A stretch of 64,000 nucleotides of DNA from Octopus bimaculoides (taxonomy: Eukaryota), in contig NC_068992.1 of the NCBI RefSeq assembly GCF_001194135.2, forward strand, positions 339,677-403,676, given 5' to 3'. The position numbers and the translations under genes were made by a program. The notes beneath the pieces are model-generated. The model was not told the DNA's origin and did no database searches. It was given only the letters and a program-made list of their open reading frames with translations. Positions within the stretch are counted from its first letter, which is position 1; each line of letters starts with the position of its first letter. Shown here piece after piece: positions 1 to 12,003 of this stretch.

Positions 1-426
1 TTCTCTGTATTTTTCTCTTTGTTTCTCTCTTTGTTTATCTCTTTCTCTCTCTCTTTCTCCCCTCTTTCTCTTTCTCTTTGTTTCTCTCTTTCTCTCTCTC
101 ACTTTCAACTTCTTCCCTCCTGCCACCCTCCTCTGTGTGTGTGTGTCTTCTAGAATTGGTCCATGTTTCACTGTCAGAATTGTCATGGTTACTGGACGAG
201 AGCATTCCTTATGTCCCCCTCTCCAGATATGGAGAAAGGTTGAGCAAAGGGTTCGTGGACAGACTGATCTATTTACTGCAACCATCTAACACTGGACTGA
301 TGTGTAGAACTCAATATGGGAGAGATTAAAGAATATAATGATAAGAAGATGACGTAAGAGAAATATATGGGATCAGCTGAGAATTGAAACCAGAATGCTA
401 ATCATCATCATCAAAACTATCATCAC

Positions 427-468
<42 letters not shown>

Positions 469-477
469 TATCATGGG

Positions 478-810
478 ATTTCAAAATACAAAGACCTAGA
501 AATAGAGGTAACTCGAATGTGGAATCTAAAAACAGAAACAATTCCTATCATAGTAGGTGCCTTAGGTATAATAAAAAAATATTCAGACAAATACATAACA
601 AAAACACCAGGACTTACAAATATATATAACATACAGAAAATTGCACTACTGGGCACTGCACACATCCTACGCAAAACACTTTCAATACAGTAACCATAAG
701 AGCATCACAACAAACCACAGCACATACCCAAGGCACACAGAGCTGTGCTCGGTAGTGAAGTGAAAGCACGTTATAAAAATAAAACTACTGAATAATAATA
801 ATAATAATAG
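478..810 (+). mobile_element. 3' fragment of an R4/Dong-clade non-LTR retrotransposon
   Basis: 484-693 translates KYKDLEIEVTRMWNLKTETIPIIVGALGIIKK..IQKIALLGTAHILRKTLSIQ*, the restriction-like endonuclease C-terminus pattern KYxDL..W..PIVIGALG..QK.ALLG. A short 3' UTR and (AAT)n tail follow. Confidence 0.88.
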
Positions 811-812
811 TA

Positions 813-935
813 ACATCGAAAAATACGTTAGGAACGAGAACCCAGGTTCAAAATTTCCCCAAAGCACCTGACGAAAGCTGGAGGGTTAACAACAAACAAG
901 ATGAGAACAAATATCCATCAAATGTAAATAATGGA
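813..935 (+). mobile_element. Penelope-like element terminal-repeat fragment with a truncated hammerhead
   Basis: Homologous to the reverse complement of 7430-7572 but lacks the ATATCAGCCGAAACGTTGT segment. Confidence 0.7.
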
Positions 936-1253
936 CAGACATAGATTGTTGTACCAGTAAGCTTGTCATAAACCCCAAGTGGTATGTGTCTCCCAGTTTG
1001 TAATTATTGTTGTTGTTATTTGTAAAAGACCAGCACAGTTTACATTGTGTGCAATAATAAAATCTTTTGTTAAATATTCGTGGATGTTGTTTAGTTACTT
1101 ATTCACACAGCCCGAGAATCTCATTTCCATTCATCACCTCAGACCAGCCAACTAACCCACCTGTGATAGATAATGACTATTGAAAAGTGAGGTGTACATT
1201 GAAAATAGCTTTATTTATTTCTAATTTTTTATCTTCTTTGTGAATGATTTTAA

Positions 1254-1474
1254 TCCTTTCGTTACCAACTTGGCTGAAATTGCCTCTAGCTCTGTAGTAC
1301 AAATGTCTTGTTTTCAAAAGTTTTGAATTAAAATCTTCCACCAAACCTTAGTCACAATTTATGTTCCTAACACTAGCTGAATGATAACTAAGTTATTTTA
1401 CTAAATTCTTTGTTATATTTAAAATAATTGAAAGAAACACAGAGCATCTCAAAATAAATACAGTAACAAATGGG
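1254..1474. mobile_element. piggyBac-type MITE
   Basis: Flanked by TTAA on both sides, with a GGG 3' end; near-identical to 5628-5848. Confidence 0.8.
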
Positions 1475-2945
1475 TTAAACATCATCATGTGCTGTTTAGC
1501 TGTGGATTAACTGGTATTTGAAATTAGCACATTGGATGATTAAATGAAAGATTCTCATCTCGTTATTAATCTGGAAGATGTCTATCCATGACACTTGTTA
1601 ATGGTCCTGTGAACATAGTTGTAAATAGGCACTATGAGGTGGTTTAATTGATTATTAAATTAGTCTTTGATTCATTGTCTTAGAGCGTTGAGTCCAGTTC
1701 TTACTGGGAAGCTTGGTTAAAGTAGACCATTGATCTGTCCTGAGGTGAATTTATCTGTTACATTTGCTAAACACTTACAGAAACCATAGAAAAGCACTGG
1801 ACTTATGTACCGTCTTTTGATTAGAACAACATTAATGTTTTGTGTAACCTTTTTGTTTGCTTCACACCCAGTTGAATTAAGCACCTAAGGGAATTGAGAG
1901 ACCTGATCAAGCAGTCATCATCATCGTTTAACGTCCACTTTCCATGCTAGCATGGGTTGGACGATTTGACTGAGGACTGGCAAACCAGATGGCTGCACCA
2001 GCAGTCAGTAGTTAATTATATCAACCTTAGTATCCAGTTGACCCCAAAAGGATGACCCTAAAAGGATGAAAGGCAAAGTTAGATCCAAAAAGATGAAAGA
2101 CAAAGTTGAACCTAAAAGGTTGAAAGGCAAAGTTGAACTCCTTCTACTGAAGGCCTCGTGCCTTCAGTAGAAAAGATTATTTTAAGGTGTCGAGCTGGCA
2201 GAAACATTAGCACGCTGTGCAAAATGCCTAGTGGCATCTTGTCTGTCTTTACGTTCTGAGTTCAAATTCTGCTGAGGTCGACTTTGCCTTTTATCCTTTC
2301 GGGGGTCGATAAATTAAGTACCAGTTGCGTATTGAGGTTGATCTAATTGACTGGCCCCCTCCCCCAAAATTTCGGGCCTTGTGCCTAGAATAGAAAAAGA
2401 TATACTGTGCTTGAGAAGATCTGTCAAGCCAAGTGAGGTCGCAGTCGTGGCTGATGCTGTTACATAACTGACAGCAGTGCTGGTGACATGTTAAAAACCC
2501 CCACTACACCCTTGGAGTGGTTGGCGTTAGGAAGGGCATCCAGCTGTAGAAACCATGTGAAATCAGATTGGAACCTGATGCAGTTCCCCAGCTTGCCAGT
2601 CAAACCGTTCAACCCATGCCAGCAAGGAAAACGTATGTTAAACAATAATGATGGTGATGATGATGATGATGATTTTAATACTTGTGTTATTTCATTTCAT
2701 TCTTTTATTATTATTTTGTTTTTGAGGGTGAGTGGGAGGGTAGGGTTGGAGGGAGGAAAAAAGAGTAAAGGAACAAAGTCGTGAGGATTCCTATTTCATC
2801 ACACACCCATTGACCCTAGTCTCAGTTCCCCGNNNNNNNNNNNNNNNNNNNNNNNNNNNNNNNNNNNNNNNNNNNNNNNNNNNNNNNNNNNNNNNNNNNN
2901 NNNNNNNNNNNTTCAGTTTCCTGTTGTTATGCAATTTGTTATGCA

Positions 2946-2959
2946 GTTGCCATAGCAAC
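2946..2959. promoter_or_regulatory. RFX X-box (GTTGCCATAGCAAC)
   Basis: One mismatch from the palindromic consensus GTTGCCATGGCAAC, in non-repetitive DNA associated with a ciliary gene. Confidence 0.6.
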
Positions 2960-4274
2960 CATCACTGCCTGTGGCCATTTACTGACCAACAACCGTGTTT
3001 GACAGATGGCAGTTGCTCTGAGATAAAAAACATTAACAAAGACAAAAGCTATAATATGGCAAAAATGGTCAATCTGTCTTTTGATATTGTTTTGTAGTGA
3101 AGCTTATAAACAGGTTTGTAATCGCAAATAATTAACGAGCTGCTGTTTGGTGCTTTGAGTGGTAAATGCAGTTTATGATAAAGCTGGTGGTGGTGTTGAT
3201 GAAAGGAATGATGCTTGTTGTTGTTATTTTGGTGGTGGTAGTATTGGTGTGTGGGTAATGGATCCCTTGATGGTAGTATACTGATGGTGGTGGTGGTGGT
3301 GGTGTGTGAGTGGTAGATGGTAATCAGTGTTGGCTGTGTTCAAGACTTACAACAACATCAAGGACTACATTATCCAATAGATCCCCCCCCCATTCTTTTT
3401 TCATATTCTTTAATTCTTTTAGTTTTTTTTACTTGTTTCAGTGATTTGACTACGGCCAGGCTGGAGCATCACCTCAAAGGGTTTTCGTCAAACAGATCGA
3501 CCCCTGTTATTTTTATTAAGCTTAGTACTTTTTCTATTGGTCTTTTTGCTGAACTGGTAACTTACAGGGACATAAACACACCAACAGCGGTTGTCAAGCG
3601 GTGATGCGGGGACAAACACAAACACGACACACACGCACACACACACATACGACGGGCTTCTTTCAGTTTCCATCTACCAAATCCACTCACAAGGCTTTGG
3701 TTGGCCCAAGGCTATAGTAGAAGACACTTTCCCAAGGTGCCACACAGTGGGACTGAACCCAGAACCATGTGGTTGGGAAGCAAGCATCTTACCACACAGC
3801 CACATCCATTGTGTCCTAACTTGCATGGATCCACTGGAATTCTTTGAACCAAATTTTCTGCAACCAGATGTCCTTCCTGTCACCCCAGTTCTCATCTACT
3901 TCGATGCAAGCTAATGTTTCTCCATGGCCAGACATATCTTCATGGAAGATTGGAAACGAATGGTTCTGCTTCTATGATGGCAGCACTTATTTATAGCTAT
4001 TGTAAGATATGAAGACACAGAGACACTAGCAGCACCCTCATGCATCATCCCCACCATGCTTAACACATAACGTAAAGGGGTGAAGACCCCCTTTTGGTCA
4101 TGACTGACCTTGGGATTACACCTAGAAAGTTACCCTCCGAGGCACCAGTCCAGGCAAGGTTGTCTTGTGGAAGACCAGCAGTCACCCATGCATACCAGTC
4201 TCCCCTCTCCACTCCACCGGTGTTCATCATCATCGGGGTCATCATTTAATGTCTGCTTTCCATGCTGGCATGGG

Positions 4275-4316
4275 TTAGGGTTAGGGTTAGGGTTAGGGTT
4301 AGGGTTAGGGTTAGGG
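4275..4316 (+). repeat. Interstitial telomeric repeat (TTAGGG)7
   Basis: Seven perfect units. Confidence 0.95.
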
Positions 4317-5627
4317 TTTTACAGGAGCTGGCTAGGCAGAAGCCTGCACCAGACTTCTGTGACTGTTTTGGCCTTCCTTCCTTNNNNNNNNNNNNNNNNN
4401 NNNNNNNNNNNNNNNNNNNNNNNNNNNNNNNNNNNNNNNNNNNNNNNNNNNNNNNNNNNNNNNNNNNNNNNNNNNNNNNNNNNNNNNNNNNNNNNNNNNN
4501 NNNNNNNNNNNNNNNNNNNNNNNNNNNNNNNNNNNNNNNNNNNNNNNNNNNNNNNNNNNNNNNNNNNNNNNNNNNNNNNNNNNNNNNNNNNNNNNNNNNN
4601 NNNNNNNNNNNNNNNNNNNNNNNNNNNNNNNNNNNNNNNNNNNNNNNNNNNNNNNNNNNNNNNNNNNNNNNNNNNNNNNNNNNNNNNNNNNNNNNNNNNN
4701 NNNNNNNNNNNNNNNNNNNNNNNNNNNNNNNNNNNNNNNNNNNNNNNNNNNNNNNNNNNNNNNNNNNNNNNNNNNNNNNNNNNNNNNNNNNNNNNNNNNN
4801 NNNNNNNNNNNNNNNNNNNNNNNNNNNNNNNNNNNNNNNNNNNNNNNNNNNNNNNNNNNNNNNNNNNNNNNNNNNNNNNNNNNNNNNNNNNNNNNNNNNN
4901 NNNNNNNNNNNNNNNNNNNNNNNNNNNNNNNNNNNNNNNNNNNNNNNNNNNNNNNNNNNNNNNNNNNNNNNNNNNNNNNNNNNNNNNNNNNNNNNNNTAC
5001 TTTGGTTGCCAGTGGCAGAGTCCATGCATGACCTGCTCCACTGGGAAAGGAAAAAGTCCAACTCTTCAATTTAATGAGGTGAATTACCAATCATATACTT
5101 ACTCTTTTACTTGTTTCAGTCATTTGACTGCAGCCATGCTGGAGCACCACCTTTAGTTGAGCAAATCGACCCCAAGACTTATTCTTTGTAAGCCTAGTAC
5201 TTATTCTATCGGGTCTCTTTTGCCGAACCACTAAGTTATGGGGACGTAAACACACCAGCGTCGGTTGTCAAGTGATGTTGGGGGGACAAACATGGGCACA
5301 CAAACATACACACACATACCTAGTAGCCCTTGCAGTGCACCAATTCTTCTCTGTGATATGCTGTTTGAGAAGCATTGACCTAAATGACAGGAACCTACAT
5401 AAGATCATTTGATTGACTTACTTAAAATGGATGGAATTGTAAGAAGAATATTTCTCCTTCATCTCTATCATCCATAGCACAAAGCCATTGTTAAGTTATG
5501 ACTTGTTGACATTTCTTGGATCTTAGGAGACTTATTGATTAACTTAATAACAGACTGTAGTGATTGGCTACACATTTCATGTCACCTAATTACATGAAAG
5601 TGGTTGTCTGTATCATTGATAGGTTAA

Positions 5628-5848
5628 CCCTTTCATTACCAAACCGGTTGAAACCAGTTCTGGCTCTGAATACAAATGTCTTGTTTTCAAAAGTTTTGAA
5701 TTAAAATCTTCCACCAAACCTTAGTCACAATTTATGTTCCTAACACTAGCTTAATGATAACTAAGTTGTTTTATTAAATTCTTTGTTATATTTACAATTA
5801 ATTGAAAGAAACACACAGCATCTCAAAATAAATACAGTAACAAAAGGG
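5628..5848. mobile_element. piggyBac-type MITE
   Basis: TTAA|CCCTTTCATTAC ... GTAACAAAAGGG|TTAA terminal inverted repeats with TTAA target-site duplication. Confidence 0.88.
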
Positions 5849-6301
5849 TTAAATTATGAGTTTTATGCTAGGGACCAGCTGCGGTGATGATGGCAGTGTA
5901 CAAATTACCGTCCCATTCTGAAGTATAGTCATTATTCACTGGAAAGAAACCGATAGATAAGGGTTTAAATTACTTTCAGTGCCCTTCCATGCAATCATGT
6001 TGGTATTGTGTTGACTGTTATTCATTATGTGTAGTGAGTGGGTAGAATGCATGGGAAGGGAATTAGGTTTACCAAAATAAGCTCATTTCCTTTGATCGAA
6101 GTGAGAATAAGGAAATGGATAACATGAAATTTCTGTGTTGGATGAGAGTGATAGTATTTTCATCCTTTCTGAAATGCTGGTCCTACTAACAATGCTAGGA
6201 ACTGGATGAAACAAACAAACAATCATTTGTTTGTCTTCTCAGCTAGATTTTATTTCTCCAGTTTTTATCTTTTGTTTTCTCTTCTCTCTCTCTCTCTTCA
6301 G

Positions 6302-6486
6302 GTGGTCTACATGCACACCACTTTGAAAGCGCCCAGTGTTGTACTTGTTGTAGAGCTTGTTGGCCAAACAAAAGATTCAGATGGGGTCAGCAAAGCAAGG
6401 TCACTCGGTTGGGGAATCATCAGACCCTTTGCTGTGGATGCTGAACATCCAAACACTTTACGAAATGATCACAGTCCTCTCAAGAA
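6302..6486 (+). CDS. NPHP4: NPHP4 exon (VVYMHTTLKAPSVVLVVELV...LGWGIIRPF...PLK)
   Basis: Pyrimidine tract plus CAG acceptor ending at 6301; AA|gtaagt donor; resembles human LYFHTSLNHPHIVAVVEVV..CGFGILRIF. Phase 0 to 2. Confidence 0.95.
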
Positions 6487-7380
6487 GTAAGTAGACATTT
6501 AGGGCTGCATCAGTCTAGTTTTTTTTTTCCCCCCTCTTTTTATTGCATTTATCTTCCGATTGCCACATGTAGACAATTTTACATTTCAGTTTCCATGTGT
6601 TGTTTCATAGTCAAATTGGTTTTCTTGTCTTTTGCAAACCTCCCCACCTCTGTCTGTCTGTCTGTCTGTCTCTCTGTGTGTGTCTCTCTGTGTGTGTCTC
6701 TCTCTGTGTCTCTCTCTCTGTGTCTCTCTCTGCGTCTCTGTATCTCCCTCTCTCTCTTTTACTTAATGATCTCTATGTATTGTGCCTTGTCTGTCTCTTT
6801 GTATTTCTAATTTTTAATGATTTTGTACACTCTCTGAGTGGTTGGCGTTAGGAATGGCATCCAGCTGTAGAAACTCTGCCAAATTAGATTGGAGCCTGGT
6901 GTAGCCATCTGGTTCACCAGTCCTCAGTCAAATCGTCCAACCCATGCTAGCATGGAAAGCGGACGTTAAACGATGATGATGATGATGATGATGATTAGTT
7001 TCTCTTTTTCTCTTTTACTCACACACACATGTGCATACACGCACACATATGCCCCCCCCCCACACACATGAAAACTCTTCCTTCTTTTTCTCATTTACCC
7101 TTTTCTCTCCTTAAATCTGTTCACCTGTTCCTTGTGATGAGTTGAAACCAGTATCCACTGGGAACCAACGCATCACGACACCTATTGAAGCCTAACTAAG
7201 CTGGGCTGGCATCTAACTAGCCAGCTCGAGACACCTAGATGGTAGACCAGCGGAAGTCTACCCACCCTAGCAGGGAGGCCCACACCTCCCAATCAGGATC
7301 ACCCATACACTGCATGGTTCCCACCAAATACTGCAGAGTAGATACAGGAACAGTATATACGCATAAGTATCATCATCTAT

Positions 7381-7572
7381 AACATGGCAGTTTTATATTT
7401 AAGAGATGAGGAATTATGTATATTATTTATATTATTTACATTTCATGGATATTTGTCCTCGTCTTGTTTGTTGTTAACACAACGTTTCGGCTGATATACC
7501 TTCCAGCCTTCATCAGGTGTCTTGGGGAAATTTCGAACCTGGGTTCTCATTCCTAAGGTATTTTTCGATGTC
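7381..7572 (-). mobile_element. Penelope-like element terminal-repeat fragment carrying a minimal hammerhead
   Basis: CCTGATGAAGGCTGG...CAGCCGAAACGTT motif typical of PLE terminal repeats; related copies at 813-935 and 44981-45110. Confidence 0.75.
7476..7521 (-). ncRNA. Minimal type I hammerhead ribozyme (PLE-type)
   Basis: Minus strand reads GACAC-CUGAUGA-A-GGCUG(GAAGGUAUAU)CAGCC-GAAA-C-GUU-GUGUU. Stem I is 5 bp, stem II is 5 bp, and the palindrome AACGUU replaces stem III. Confidence 0.75.
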
Positions 7573-7924
7573 ATCATCATCATTATTATTATATATGTGC
7601 GTGAATTTCAGATATTATGAGAAATAAATGATTACATCAGTATCGAGAGAAGATTTAGCNNNNNNNNNNNNNNNNNNNNNNNNNNNNNNNNNNNNNNNNN
7701 NNNNNNNNNNNNNNNNNNNNNNNNNNNNNNNNNNNNNNNNNNNNNNNNNNNNNNNNNNNNNNNNNNNNNNNNNNNNNNNNNNNNNNNNNNNNNNNNNNNN
7801 NNNNNNNNNNNNNNNNNNNNNNNNNNNNNNNNNNNNNNNNNNNNNNNNNNNNNNNNNNNNNNNNNNNNNNNNNNNNNNNNNNNNNNNNNNNNNNNNNNNN
7901 NNNNNNNNNNNNNNNNNNNNNNNN

Positions 7925-8190
7925 GTGTGGGTGGCACATAAAAGACACCATTTTGAGCGTGGCCGTTGCCAGTATCGCCTGACTGGCCTTCGTGCAGGTG
8001 ACACGTAAAAGCACCTACTACACTCTCTGAGTGGTTGGCGTTAGGAAGGGCATCCAGCTGTAGAAACTCTGCCAAATTTAGATTGGAGCCTGGTGTTGCC
8101 ATCCTGTTTCACCAGTCCTCAGTCAAGTCGTCCAACCCATGCTAGCATGGAAAGCGGACGTTAAACGATGATGATGATGATGATGATGAA
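7925..8190 (+). mobile_element. RTE-associated 3' UTR/tail repeat (representative copy)
   Basis: AGCACC..GAGTGGTTGGCGTTAGGAAGGGCATCCAGCTGTAG..ACGTTAAAC(GAT)n. Other copies at about 1917-2000(-), 2420-2675, 6830-6995, 16660-16870, 30330-30550, 30835-31150(-) and 34410-34785(-). Confidence 0.85.
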
Positions 8191-9124
8191 AGCTACTCCT
8201 GTGTCCATGTCAACAATTTATATAAAACTCATTGAACATTCATTCAAAGGTTGCTTGTTCTTACCAAACTTCTTATTTTAGAGTCCACACGTGGTCACAA
8301 CACTTTTAGAATTTTACCAGAGATCAAAGGACCCAAAAAATACAAAGTCACCGGTATTACTTTGGTAATTATAGATCAGGCACCAGCATTTCAAAAGGGT
8401 TGAAAATACTGTCACCTTCATCCAGCACAGAAATTTCATGTTATTCATCTTCTTATTCCCATCTCAATCAAAGAAAATAGGTTTATTTTGGCATACCCAG
8501 TTTCCTTCTCATGAACTCTGGCCACCCACTGCACGTAATGAATAACAGTTCATGCACTACCAACGTGATTGCGTGCAAGTGTATGAAAAGCATCTTATAG
8601 CCTTATCTGACAGTTTCTTTTCAATCAGTAATTTATGTGGCCAACCAAATGGCTGACTGAACTAAGCCAGAGTTTGGAGATGTAATCCTGTTTACTTTGT
8701 AATTGACAAATCTATCTTGAACTCTACATAACTCTTACAAAAATTTATTGAGCATTTTTATATTTTTGTACCACAAAATACACAAAAACCACAACACACA
8801 CACAAACAAAAGAAAGTCTGTCTCATTTTCTCTCGATGTCTATGCTTGTGTGTGTGTGTGTGTGTATATATAAATATATACACACACACTTGCATACACA
8901 AATACATGTACACAGTTGCATGCACATATAGACACATGCTTACATATTAATATATACATGCGAAGATAAAATATTGTTTCTGTGAAATACAGCACAAGAC
9001 CTTTGAAGCTGTATCTTTTGTTTAACTATTGATATTAAGAATAAGTAGAATAAAACAATGGATTCCAGATATACAGCAGTAGAATCTGGTTTGGTAAGGA
9101 CACTGATGTATTTATTTCTTACAG

Positions 9125-9183
9125 AGTGCAGCTGTACAAAGGGACACCCAGAGCACTTCTTCTTATAGATGAGCCAATCGAAC
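9125..9183 (+). CDS. NPHP4: NPHP4 exon (VQLYKGTPRALLLIDEPIE)
   Basis: ttacag| acceptor, |gtaagt donor; resembles human LRLYHGTPRALL. Phase 2 to 1. Not in the ORF track. Confidence 0.95.
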
Positions 9184-10444
9184 GTAAGTTATTTTCTACC
9201 TATTTGTGTGTGTGTGTGTGTGTGAATGTATACAGAGAGCATAGTACCTGATCAAGGGCTTTCTCCAGGGTTTGTGGATGCTTTATATAATGGATTGCAT
9301 TAGGGCGGGGTGAGCTGGCAGAATCATAAGCACACTGGGAGAAATGCTTAGTGATATTTCGTCTGTTGTTACGTTCTGAGTTCAAACTTCGCTGAGGTCA
9401 ACTTTGCCTTTCGTCCTTTTGAGGTCGATGAATTAATACTGGGGTCAATCTAGCTACCCACTGCAGTCGTTTCTCCCCGCCCCTGACAATGTTATTCTTC
9501 ATCTCACTACTTACTTCATAAACTGGCTACAAATTATTGTATTTGTGATTGAACTGAAAGTGTTAGTCTTACTGTCATCTTGTATAAACAGCAACAGATG
9601 GATTGTTCAGAGAACCCAGCAGTTCTTTTATTTGGCTTCCATTACTATAGTTGAGAAGCCATATATTTTCTTGGTGATTGGAGAGTTTTAGCTGCTTAGA
9701 GGTTCATAATAGATGTGCAAGTTGAAAATATTCAACTGTTTATTTGCTGAACAATCTAAAAGTTTGCGTGTAGTTTTCAATCAATGAAACACTGAAAACT
9801 TGAAGATTTTATATTCAGATTGCTAGTAATAATAATAATAATAATAATAGTGATTCTTTAATAGATAAATAAATAAATAAATAAGTAGTGAAAAATTACC
9901 AATATATTCTATGTAAACAGCATGGTTAAACACTGTTTTGTGTAAAGCACCAAAGTGCTGAAAATGCCCTCAGGGAGAGTCTCACAGAGCATAAAATATA
10001 TATCTAGTTATTTCTATACTATTGTTTTACATTAGTAGCCAGAAATTTAGACTCATTGAACTTCAGCATACTTTCAAAGTAGTTGAAGCAAAAGACAAGT
10101 TAAAAACATGTTAGGGGAATTTCATTCTGTGTTCACAAGCAGAGGTAGTTGTAGTTTTAGCTTTTGTTCATTATCAGTTTGTTGTTGTATATGATATTTT
10201 TTCAGTTAAACATAAATTGCAGCATTCTGAACCATTACTGGATGGGATTTCCTTTCTCTAGCCTGTTTAACTCATGCTGGGATTATTTTTGTCTTATTTT
10301 ATTGCCATTTTCTTAGATTAAGAAAATAAATGTCAGTAATACTCTGTGGTTGATTCAATCCAGCTTTACCTCATCCATATAAATTTGTGTTTTTGTATTC
10401 TTGTAAATAGTTATTATGTTCTTTTGTCACTCTTTATATTTTAG

Positions 10445-10588
10445 ATTGTGAACACTTAAAATCGATTAATGGGCGCTACTTGACTTGTTCCATAAGCATC
10501 CATCAAGCTTTATTCAAAATTGTTCACTTGTTACCTGAGAATGTATTCTTTGGAAGAACAGACAAGATCCCAGGGTTGCAGCAGATCG
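10445..10588 (+). CDS. NPHP4: NPHP4 exon (CEHLKSINGRYLTCSISIHQALFKIVHLLPENVFFGRTDKIPGLQQI)
   Basis: tttag| acceptor, |gtaaaa donor; resembles human [20 protein letters not shown]. Phase 1 to 1. Confidence 0.93.
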
Positions 10589-11735
10589 GTAAAACAAGTT
10601 AGTATTTCTTTTCTGAGGATACTTTTGTTCTTTCTTTTTATTCTCTCTCTGTTTTTTTGTTTTTATCTTCTCCCTTGGATGACATTGGTTGTGTGTAGAG
10701 GCGAGGCTGGTATGCATGGGCAATTGCTGGTCATACATAAACAACATGGCCCGGACTTGTGGCTCGGAGGGTAACTTTCTAGGTGCAGTCCCATGGTCAT
10801 TCGTGACTGAAGGGGGTCTCCGTAATAGATGAACATAGTCAGCCAGGATCTGTTCGATAAGAAGTTTCATAACGTGTGACAAAGTACAGGTTATAACTTT
10901 GATATTCAGAGTAAAATGGCAGCTTTGCAGTGAGCTGGATCATCATTGCTACAAAAGATAAGATACAGAGGTGTCACTCAAGTGTAAAGATGGTGTTAAA
11001 TTAGGATTAAGGAGCTAAGTAGTTAGAATTAAGGAGTTAGGGACCTCATCATATTTGCTGAAATTCCTAACAATTGAAACTAAATGTCTTTCTAACCACT
11101 CCCTGTCAATTGATACAACAATATGCAAATGGGAAACAAAACACAAATAGTTAACATTATTGAGCAAATGAATTAATCATGAATAGAAAAAAATAATTAT
11201 TAAAGGGGAAAATATTTAGTCTTGTTCTTTTGCGCTAAAATAATATTTCATATTGATATCCCTAAGGAGACTGTGTTGATCTGGTAATGGAAGGATTACA
11301 ATGTTAACCTGTTTGTGTGTCATGCAATATTGATGCAACCAGTATCATGTAGATATAGCTGTGTTGATTTAATTATTTAGGGAGAAAAGACTGACAATAA
11401 GTATGTGAGAATAATTAAAGCATACACTATAGAGCACGTGATGTTATTTGGTGGCTGATATTGTTGTTGTGATTATTGTGGCAGTGTGAAGGCTATTGGA
11501 CTGTCATGGTTTTTGAAGTGCAGTGTTGGTGGATGTAGTTGTGGTGGTTGTAGTCACGGTAGTGGCTGTAGTTGCGGTGGTGGTTGTTGGACTTGTTGCA
11601 AAATGTATTTTTTGCATTTGCATTGGGTGAGAATGGGGAAGGGGAAATTGAGGTAAAAACAATAAAAAAAGTGATTTCTTAAATAAATTTTTATTCTGCT
11701 TAATATTCCTCTTGTTTTCTTTACTTTCTAACTAG

Positions 11736-11944
11736 TTGATCCGTTCCATAAACCAAAGTTATCTCCAGTCTTTATGTGCCAACTGAATAATATTTTAGTG
11801 TCGCTGCCGCCAAATATTGATCGGTTTGAAGAAGAACTCTGCCAACGTCTCAGTGAAGATTATCTCAACAACATCTCTGATGCTGATAGTCTTACCAACA
11901 TCTCCGTTAATGAACTGGTTTCAATCACAGAACGAAGACTCAAG
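11736..11944 (+). CDS. NPHP4: NPHP4 exon (DPFHKPKLSPVFMCQLNNILVSLPPNIDRFEEELC...ITERRLK)
   Basis: actag| acceptor, AAG|gtagga donor; resembles human RKPRL..LYPSLEKFEEELL..ILERRLR. Phase 1 to 0. Confidence 0.93.
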
Positions 11945-12003
11945 GTAGGAATATGGCGTTGACAGGCTGAAAGGCTGTGTTCAGTGTGAGGGTGTAGTGT
12001 GGG

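Noticed and set aside
78-329. 83-aa ORF as a candidate NPHP4 N-terminus
   Set aside because: It begins in a microsatellite, and has no convincing match to the N-terminal motifs (e.g. FFGRTW) and no clear donor.
2142-2172. Perfect 13-bp hairpin TTCTACTGAAGGC-CTCGT-GCCTTCAGTAGAA
   Set aside because: Best explained as two collapsed, oppositely oriented SINE-B tails. It is not a terminator in this eukaryotic context.
4110-5156. Long ORFs of 240-348 aa (also 7615-8102, 21163-21691, 39841-40386, 59658-60633)
   Set aside because: They consist of N-runs translated as X. Assembly gaps lie at 2833-2911, 4384-4997, 7660-7924, 14426-14435, 21405-21543, 39961-40139, 41228-41237 and 59734-60623.
5980-6033. 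AG...GTGAGT-bounded 54-nt candidate exon
   Set aside because: Its translation (CPSMQSCWYCVDCYSLCV) does not resemble the expected NPHP4 segment.
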